A stretch of DNA of 64,000 nt from positions 32,001-96,000 of the forward strand of contig CAWGLD010000007.1 of the NCBI GenBank assembly GCA_963823335.1, in the 5' to 3' direction. The translations under genes were made by a program, and so were the position numbers. Shown piece by piece: positions 60,001-64,000 of the stretch. The notes below the pieces were generated by a model. It ran no database searches, had not been told where the DNA came from, and saw only the letters and a list, made by a program, of their open reading frames with translations. Position 1 is the stretch's first letter, and every line of letters begins with the position of its first letter. The DNA comes from an uncultured delta proteobacterium. Its GTDB lineage: Bacteria; Desulfobacterota; Desulfobacteria; Desulfobacterales; B30-G6.

Positions 60001-61470
60001 TTACTTCTTCGGTATGGATGGTTCATGAACATCATCAGGGATATCCATTATCTTTTTGGCATATTCGACATATTCTTCCATGGGCGTCGTAAACCTCACC
60101 ACCAGCTTGGCCCCGTCCGGTGATCCGCCGCCATGCATACAGCCCGGGACCCCCGCGCCGATACTCAACCACTCGGACAGACGGGCCGCTTTGAAACGGG
60201 ACTCTGCCGAGCAATCCCCGGCTTTCAGGCATTTTTTCAGAAACGGGCCGTATTCCGGGTGAGAGACATCTTCATACGAGGGCATGCAGCCGGTTTCAAC
60301 GATACCACCGCCGATTTCCTGGGTCAGACGTTTGACCTCGTAAGGCAGCGTTGCCACCATCACCTTGTTGGTGTGAGCCGTATGGGGATCTGCAAAAAAT
60401 GATCCTGAATCATGCTGGAAACCCAGGGCACAGGCACCGGCACCCAGTCCGAAGGTTATGGTGTTGTTGACACTCATGTCCACCAGCTTGTTCATGAATG
60501 TTTTGGCCTTCAAACCGTTGGCACGCGCCATCAGAATCGAAGCCCCGATCATGACATCCCCTTGACCGGTGACACAACCGCCGATGCAAGCCCGGTAGTT
60601 GGCGGTAAAATATTGAATCACTTTGCCCGAATATTTGGCTTCCCGGCACATGAATACACGCTCGTTGGGTACAAAGACATCATCAAAAAGCAGCCAGCCC
60701 TGGGTAATACCCGTATCCGGTACTTCCACGTCGGACGTTCTTTCAAATTCACGTTTATCGCTGGGATGCCGGGCTTCCACGATGGTCAACCCCTGGATGT
60801 CCCGCGGTACCACGCAAGCCAGCGCATAATCTTTGTCCGGATCTTTGTAGCCACTGCCCGGCAGCAGGAATATCTCCTGAGACGCCGCGGTGCCGCAGAT
60901 CATCAACTTGGCCCCGCGAATGACGATGCCGTCTTCGCGAACCTCTTTTACGTGCAGGTTGGTGTCCGTTTCGGCCTGCTGGGAAGGGGTCTTGCTCCGA
61001 TCCCCCTTGGCGTCGGTCAACGCGCCCGCAACCGTCAAACCCTCTTTTTCTGCATGCAGGATCCAGTTTTTCAAACGCGTTTTGTAATCCGTGCCGTATT
61101 CCGTATCCATCTCCTGGGTAACGGCCCACATGACGTTCATGGCATTCCAGCCCACACAGACCGCGCCTGTGCAGGTACCGGTGCGGCGGTAGTTCTGACG
61201 TTTGAACTTCATGTTGCTGATCAAAGCGCCTTCATCCTGCATCATGGAATTCCAGCGCAGTATCTTTTCACCCGTAAAAATCGATTTAGCCGTGTACATC
61301 TTTTCCAGTTCAGGGTCCCCAGCCGCATCGAAACACCGGGCGTGGCTTTCAACGGTCCGCTTGGTGGCCGGATGGGTCGTGACGTCCTGGATCAACTCCC
61401 CAAATTTATATATGTTCGGTCTCATTTTTCTAAGTGCTGCAAGATAGTCGTCGCGTGTTTTAATTGCCAT
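60001..61470 (-). CDS. 4-hydroxybutyryl-CoA dehydratase (AbfD) / HpaB-family protein with non-canonical active site
   Basis: ALTDAKGDRS, REDGIVIRGAK, FDDVFVPNERVF, GGC, MHGGGSP; collinear with AbfD. Confidence 0.8.
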   Translation of the reverse strand: MAIKTRDDYLAALRKMRPNIYKFGELIQDVTTHPATKRTVESHARCFDAAGDPELEKMYTAKSIFTGEKILRWNSMMQDEGALISNMKFKRQNYRRTGTCTGAVCVGWNAMNVMWAVTQEMDTEYGTDYKTRLKNWILHAEKEGLTVAGALTDAKGDRSKTPSQQAETDTNLHVKEVREDGIVIRGAKLMICGTAASQEIFLLPGSGYKDPDKDYALACVVPRDIQGLTIVEARHPSDKREFERTSDVEVPDTGITQGWLLFDDVFVPNERVFMCREAKYSGKVIQYFTANYRACIGGCVTGQGDVMIGASILMARANGLKAKTFMNKLVDMSVNNTITFGLGAGACALGFQHDSGSFFADPHTAHTNKVMVATLPYEVKRLTQEIGGGIVETGCMPSYEDVSHPEYGPFLKKCLKAGDCSAESRFKAARLSEWLSIGAGVPGCMHGGGSPDGAKLVVRFTTPMEEYVEYAKKIMDIPDDVHEPSIPKK

Positions 61471-61489
61471 GGTTCCTTCCTCTTTCCTT

Positions 61490-62506
61490 TTATTGGCAGC
61501 TGACCTGCTGCTGCTTATACTCCCTGATTTTTTCCAATATCAGCGGCACAAACTCCCGGCAGTCATCCACAATTCCATAATCCACCTGATCGAATACCGG
61601 CGATTTTTTATCGCTGTTGATGGCGATCATGACTTTTGCACCGGTTACACCGACCATGTGCTGCTGTTCACCGGACAATCCGATACCGATATAGGTTTCC
61701 GGACTGACCATCTTACCGCTCTGACCGATCATGGTGTCCAGTTCCGCCCAGCCTTCATCCACAGCAGGGCGGGTGCATCCCAGCCCCGCATTCAATGCCG
61801 TTGCCAATTCGGCAATCCGGTTCCAGCCGTGGATGTCTCCGGCCCCGGCCCCACCCGCAAGAACACATGACGCCGTATCCAATGGAATGCCGTCCGGTTC
61901 CTCTACCACAACCTCCAGGGTTTGGATCCTGCCGGTGAAATGAAACGGGCCCTGGATCGACACGATTTCATGCTTTCGTCCCCCTTCCGGTAATGGATCT
62001 GGAAATACGCCCTGAGCCACGGTGGCCATCTGGGGCCTTTTCTCCGGACAGACAATGGTGATCTCACCACCATAGGCCGGAATTTTCTGTTCGAGGATGC
62101 CTTCCTGGTTGATGCAAAGATCGATGCAGTGGGCTGTCAGACCGGTTTCGAGTCGGGCCGCCACCAAGGGTGCAAGCTCCCGACCCGCAGAGGTGGATCC
62201 CATGAGCATGATCTGGGGCTGGTGTTCCCGGACCAGTTTGACAATGGCGTCCGTGTAAGTTTCCGGGTGATAGACATCCAGATCCGGGTGGTCGCCCACA
62301 TAAATGCGGTCCGCACCGGCGGCAAATATTTTTTCTACAAAAGTGTCGACCCCATGGCCCAACAGCACGACTTCCAGGGATGTTGCCAGCCCGTCGGCAA
62401 GTAGACGCGCCCGACCCACAAGCTGCGGCGTTACCGGCAAAAGATTACAGTTTTCCTGGTCGGCAATGACCCATATTGGGTCGTTATCATGATTCATTAT
62501 GTTCAC
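61490..62506 (-). CDS. etfA: Electron transfer flavoprotein alpha subunit
   Basis: GRELAPLVAARLETGLTAHC, CTRPAVDEGW, IGQSG, GLSGEQQH. Confidence 0.9.
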   Translation of the reverse strand: MNIMNHDNDPIWVIADQENCNLLPVTPQLVGRARLLADGLATSLEVVLLGHGVDTFVEKIFAAGADRIYVGDHPDLDVYHPETYTDAIVKLVREHQPQIMLMGSTSAGRELAPLVAARLETGLTAHCIDLCINQEGILEQKIPAYGGEITIVCPEKRPQMATVAQGVFPDPLPEGGRKHEIVSIQGPFHFTGRIQTLEVVVEEPDGIPLDTASCVLAGGAGAGDIHGWNRIAELATALNAGLGCTRPAVDEGWAELDTMIGQSGKMVSPETYIGIGLSGEQQHMVGVTGAKVMIAINSDKKSPVFDQVDYGIVDDCREFVPLILEKIREYKQQQVSCQ

Positions 62507-62613
62507 TCATTTACATTGGTCTTTTTCTTTAATACCCGGGTTCAAAGAGCCCGGCACTGGGTCGCCCCTATTACGGAATAAAACGCTTCATCACGTTTTG
62601 TTAAATATTCGGA

Positions 62614-63411
62614 TTAGAGCACGCCCCCTTCTATCAGTTTCTGTAAAAGCAGTTCTGCCTTCTCTTCCCGGGTTCCTTCCAGAAACGTGACCCTGCGTGT
62701 ATTTTCAACGGTGCGCATTTTCGTCACGATGGTGGGAGAGCCCTTGATGCCGACCGTTTCGGCCGGCACACCCAGATCCTCCAGACCCCAGTGGGTGATG
62801 ACCTTTTTCCTGGCCTTGATGATCCCCGAAAAGCTTAGCGCTCTGGGAACGTTTAGATCTCGGGTTACCGTCAGCAATGCCGGCAGTCTGACCCGTATCC
62901 GTCGGTACCCATTTTCCTGGGCCGATTTCACTTCCCATGCTTCACCATTGCACATGCTTATTTCCTTGACCCTGGTCACCACCGGCATATCCAGCATAAC
63001 CGCCATTTCCGGCCCCACCCATTCGGTAGCCCCGTCACTGCTGGCCATCCCGCAAAGCACGAGATCCACATTACCGATCTTCTGAATCCCCTTGACCAGT
63101 GTAAACGCCGTGGCATAGGCATCGGCGCCACCAAAACACGGATCGCAAAGCAGGAGACCCTTGTCGGCGCCCAGTGCCATGCACTCTTTAACGATACTGC
63201 CTGCTTCAGGAGGACCCATGCTCAGTACACAGATGTGGGCCTCCGTCTCCGTCTTGATCCGGAGCGCGGCCTCCAGGGCATGCTTGTCCAGCGGGTTCAG
63301 CACCATGGGCACATCGCATCGCAGCAATGTTTTGGCAACCGGATCGATTTTCAGGTTACAGGCCTGTTTGGGATCCGGCACCGCCTTGACACAGACGACG
63401 ATATTTAGCAT
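62614..63411 (-). CDS. etfB: Electron transfer flavoprotein beta subunit
   Basis: VCVKAVPD, NPLDKHALEAAL, SMGPP, GGADAYAT, GIKGSPT. Confidence 0.92.
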   Translation of the reverse strand: MLNIVVCVKAVPDPKQACNLKIDPVAKTLLRCDVPMVLNPLDKHALEAALRIKTETEAHICVLSMGPPEAGSIVKECMALGADKGLLLCDPCFGGADAYATAFTLVKGIQKIGNVDLVLCGMASSDGATEWVGPEMAVMLDMPVVTRVKEISMCNGEAWEVKSAQENGYRRIRVRLPALLTVTRDLNVPRALSFSGIIKARKKVITHWGLEDLGVPAETVGIKGSPTIVTKMRTVENTRRVTFLEGTREEKAELLLQKLIEGGVL

Positions 63412-63531
63412 TTACTAATTCCTGAATAATTCTAAGAATTTGCTTTATTTGATTTATTTCTAGATTAAATACACTGCATAATGGAAACGAACAGAATCTT
63501 TATCTGCGACTAACCCGGGCTGCCACTGAAT

Positions 63532-64000
63532 TTAGGACATGGCCCAACGGGCAATGATCACTTTCATGATGTCCGATGTACCGGCCGAGGGTCCCAGCAC
63601 GGCAGAATCCCGCCAGAAACGGGATACTGGATACTCTTCCATGCAACCATAGCCCCCGTGTATATCCACGGCCATTTTGGCCGCTTTTTGGGCCGCTTCC
63701 GTCGTGTAATATTTGGCTACGGCGAACTCGTTGCTGGAGCGGCCACCGGCATCCTGGAGGGCCGCCGCCCTGTACCCCAGCAGCCTTCCGGCTTCCAGAT
63801 CGATTTTCATCTGCGCTATTTTATTCTGTATGGTCTGCAGGGCACTGATGGGCTTGCCATAAAGAATGCGCTGGTTGGCGAACTTGATCGACTCCTCCAG
63901 GCAGGCGGCCTGAAGACCCAGAGCAGTACCGACCATGCCCCCCCGTCCCACATCACCGATGGCGGCCATGGTTACTCTCAGCCCTTTACCCTCTTCGCCC
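63532..64000 (-). CDS. Acyl-CoA dehydrogenase, C-terminal part (start lies beyond the window)
   Basis: Frame open to the edge: GEEGKGLRVTM..., RILYGKPI, DIHGGYG, RFWRD. Confidence 0.88.
   Translation of the reverse strand, partial: GEEGKGLRVTMAAIGDVGRGGMVGTALGLQAACLEESIKFANQRILYGKPISALQTIQNKIAQMKIDLEAGRLLGYRAAALQDAGGRSSNEFAVAKYYTTEAAQKAAKMAVDIHGGYGCMEEYPVSRFWRDSAVLGPSAGTSDIMKVIIARWAMS

Noticed and set aside
1-64000. tRNA-Pyl, pylSBCD, other tRNA or rRNA genes
   Set aside because: By eye I found no cloverleaf with a CUA anticodon loop and no matching ORFs; a tRNAscan/ARAGORN run is needed to be certain.
1-64000. Selenocysteine (in-frame TGA) recoding
   Set aside because: The TGA-terminated genes appear full length for their families, with no in-frame continuation noticed.
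1-64000. Autonomous mobile element, prophage or defence system
   Set aside because: No transposase, integrase, phage or nuclease-like ORF was recognised.

Overview
Gene-dense 64 kb segment, probably from an anaerobic deltaproteobacterium (Desulfobacterales-like; inferred from gene content and protein style only). Positions 1-18.4 kb carry envelope and transport genes: pqiA/A/B/C, an AI-2E transporter, MscS channels, aminopeptidase P, a complete Dpp/Opp-type ABC system and a fused L-serine dehydratase. From about 20.5 kb to the end lies a methylamine/quaternary-amine catabolic island. Three genes that the ORF track splits in two are single genes with an in-frame amber (TAG) codon at the known pyrrolysine position: one trimethylamine methyltransferase mttB (24452-25921, -) and two dimethylamine methyltransferases mtbB (33471-34880, +; 47650-49038, -). 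Three further MttB-superfamily paralogues have Ala, Val or Asn at that position. The island also holds an MtaA/URO-D-family protein, a sarcosine/dimethylglycine dehydrogenase-like enzyme, a sulfatase-like hydrolase with Thr at the nucleophile position, an E. coli ygcWEURQ-like block, and an acyl-CoA operon whose AbfD-like enzyme has lost its canonical catalytic residues. I recognised no pyl genes, tRNA-Pyl or corrinoid-protein gene in the window, and TAG is still a common ordinary stop. Several small non-coding repeat families are present, including a MITE-like element sitting on stop codons, plus a few candidate structured RNAs.
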